A program made the translations under genes and the position numbers. The notes beneath the pieces were generated by a model. That model had not been told where the DNA came from and did not search any database. It worked only from the letters and a program-made list of their open reading frames with translations. Shown piece after piece: positions 62,607-64,000 of a stretch of DNA of 64,000 bases. This stretch comes from Sminthopsis crassicaudata (taxonomy: Eukaryota). The first letter of the stretch is position 1, and each line of letters begins with the position of its first letter. The DNA is taken from contig NC_133617.1 in NCBI RefSeq assembly GCF_048593235.1, positions 551,904,958-551,968,957 on the forward strand, in the 5' to 3' direction.

Positions 62607-64000
62607 GTTAGAAAATGAGCAGGATTAGAGACATTCGGTTCTCCACCTTGGGCTTCAGGGCAGCTGGGGATCTGGGTTCTTTGCTTGGAGAAGTCGGCCC
62701 TCTGGATTTTTTTTCCAGAGCCTCCAGGAAAGAGAGGAGTTTCCAGCCACAACTGTGCCTGATGTTGGACACCTCCACTTGGCCAAGGGAGAATTTGGTT
62801 TCAATTCCCTGCAGGGTAAGTTTTCTGTCTGGTCTTATTGCTAGCAAATCTGGTCCCCAGAAAAATCTGGGCTGATGAGCCATACAACTCTGGGAAATGC
62901 CAGTAGGATGCTATATTGCATTATCTGGTTCTGAAGTACCCTTTGGGTACCTGCGTACCTTTTGGTACTACCTGGTTTTAATCTGGGCATTCTCTGTGAA
63001 GGCAGAGAAATGCACCAAACTGGGAGAGAAGACTCTAGAGCTAACAACTTCCCACAGGGCTATTCTAAGGTTTCCAGATATCCCCTGGTCTGTGTGTTAA
63101 ATGTTTTGACTGTGTAGTCTTTGTCTGTGTTTTCTGTGTGACTTGCTTGTGACTTGTTCAGATCAGAGCTCTGCTAAATTAAGAAATTTGGGAATTGGTT
63201 ATTTCAATGTTGCAACTGTACTTAATATAAAATTTGCTTGTAATTTTAAACTTTTTAACCTGTTATACTAATTTGTGAGTAAAAGGAATAAAAAAGCAGA
63301 TGGTTTTTCCTCGAAACAGGGTTTCAGAGCCTGCTAGAGTAAAAGGCAATAAAACCTTATTTGATTGAAACTCAGACTGGAGAAAATATTTGATTAGGAA
63401 TTTTATGATGATTCTAAATTTGTGGGAAATAATTTTACTGTTGTCTTTGCATGACAGATTTGTTTTGTATTCTTTGGGCAGTTTAAAAATTGTGGTAAAT
63501 AATTTTACTATTGCCTATGCAAGCTATATTTAGTTATCTTTGAATGTAAGATCTTAAGAACTTATTGAAGTGAAGTCTGTGAACTTACCTGAAAGGGGTG
63601 GTCACGTGCCTCTAATTAGATAAAGAGAGGTCTGACTTTTCTAAAGGCTCCAACTCTGGCCAAAGTTGGAGCTTAGGAAAAGTCCATTGGGAAGGGTGGC
63701 CATGTGGAATTCCCTCCCCCCCCCCCCCCAAGCCTTTTGCTGCAGAGGCTTGGCTTTGGCAAAAGATTTCAAGAAATAGGCCCACTTTTAAGTTAATTGA
63801 TTGATCTATAATTTGGTGGAGCTATTTCTAAAAGTTTAAAGGATATTTTTAAGAATCTTTCAAATTCTTTTATGTAGAATTGGGTATTCTGTATAAGCTT
63901 AATTGATTGTATCCTGAGGTTATACCCATCATTTAAAAATAATAGTTTTTCCTTGTCCTTTTGAATGAAGTTAAATATGAAAGATAACTTGTGAACTTAC
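62607..64000 (+). mobile_element. ERV internal leader (continues beyond the window)
   Basis: Splice donor AGG/gtaagt at 62815/62816 and TG-rich gammaretrovirus-like leader (gtctttgtctgtgttttctgtgtg). No gag ORF inside the window. Confidence 0.75.

Noticed and set aside
1-64000. CRISPR arrays, rRNA, tRNA genes, snRNA copies, NUMT, CpG island
   Set aside because: None seen. tRNA-like A/B boxes occur only as SINE heads, and the highest-GC segments are LTR/ERV derived

Overview
AT-rich, CpG-depleted marsupial genomic DNA. The short tRNA-headed CORE-SINEs match the WSINE1 type, which suggests an Australian, probably dasyuromorph-like species; this assignment is from recognition and is not a database result. 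There is one 131-nt assembly gap. The window is dominated by interspersed repeats: L1 fragments (several with exact target-site duplications), long L2 remnants, RTE and CR1/L3 remnants, Mar1/MIR/WSINE1 SINEs and three solo LTRs. The right edge holds the 5' end of an ERV provirus with LTR, tRNA-Thr-like PBS, splice donor and a leader hairpin with a palindromic loop. No known protein-coding gene, rRNA, tRNA or CRISPR array could be recognised, and the ORF track is mostly TE-derived or low-complexity. The non-repeat islands contain splice-signal patterns that suggest unannotated transcription: a minus-strand CCAAT/TATA promoter near 18.1 kb with a possible short exon chain, and plus-strand micro/cassette exon candidates near 19.1, 55.1 and 60.9 kb. 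These are hypotheses only. Several local duplication and templated-insertion events are directly visible. Repeat boundaries are approximate (tens of bp) unless a TSD is quoted, and family names come from recall of consensus motifs.
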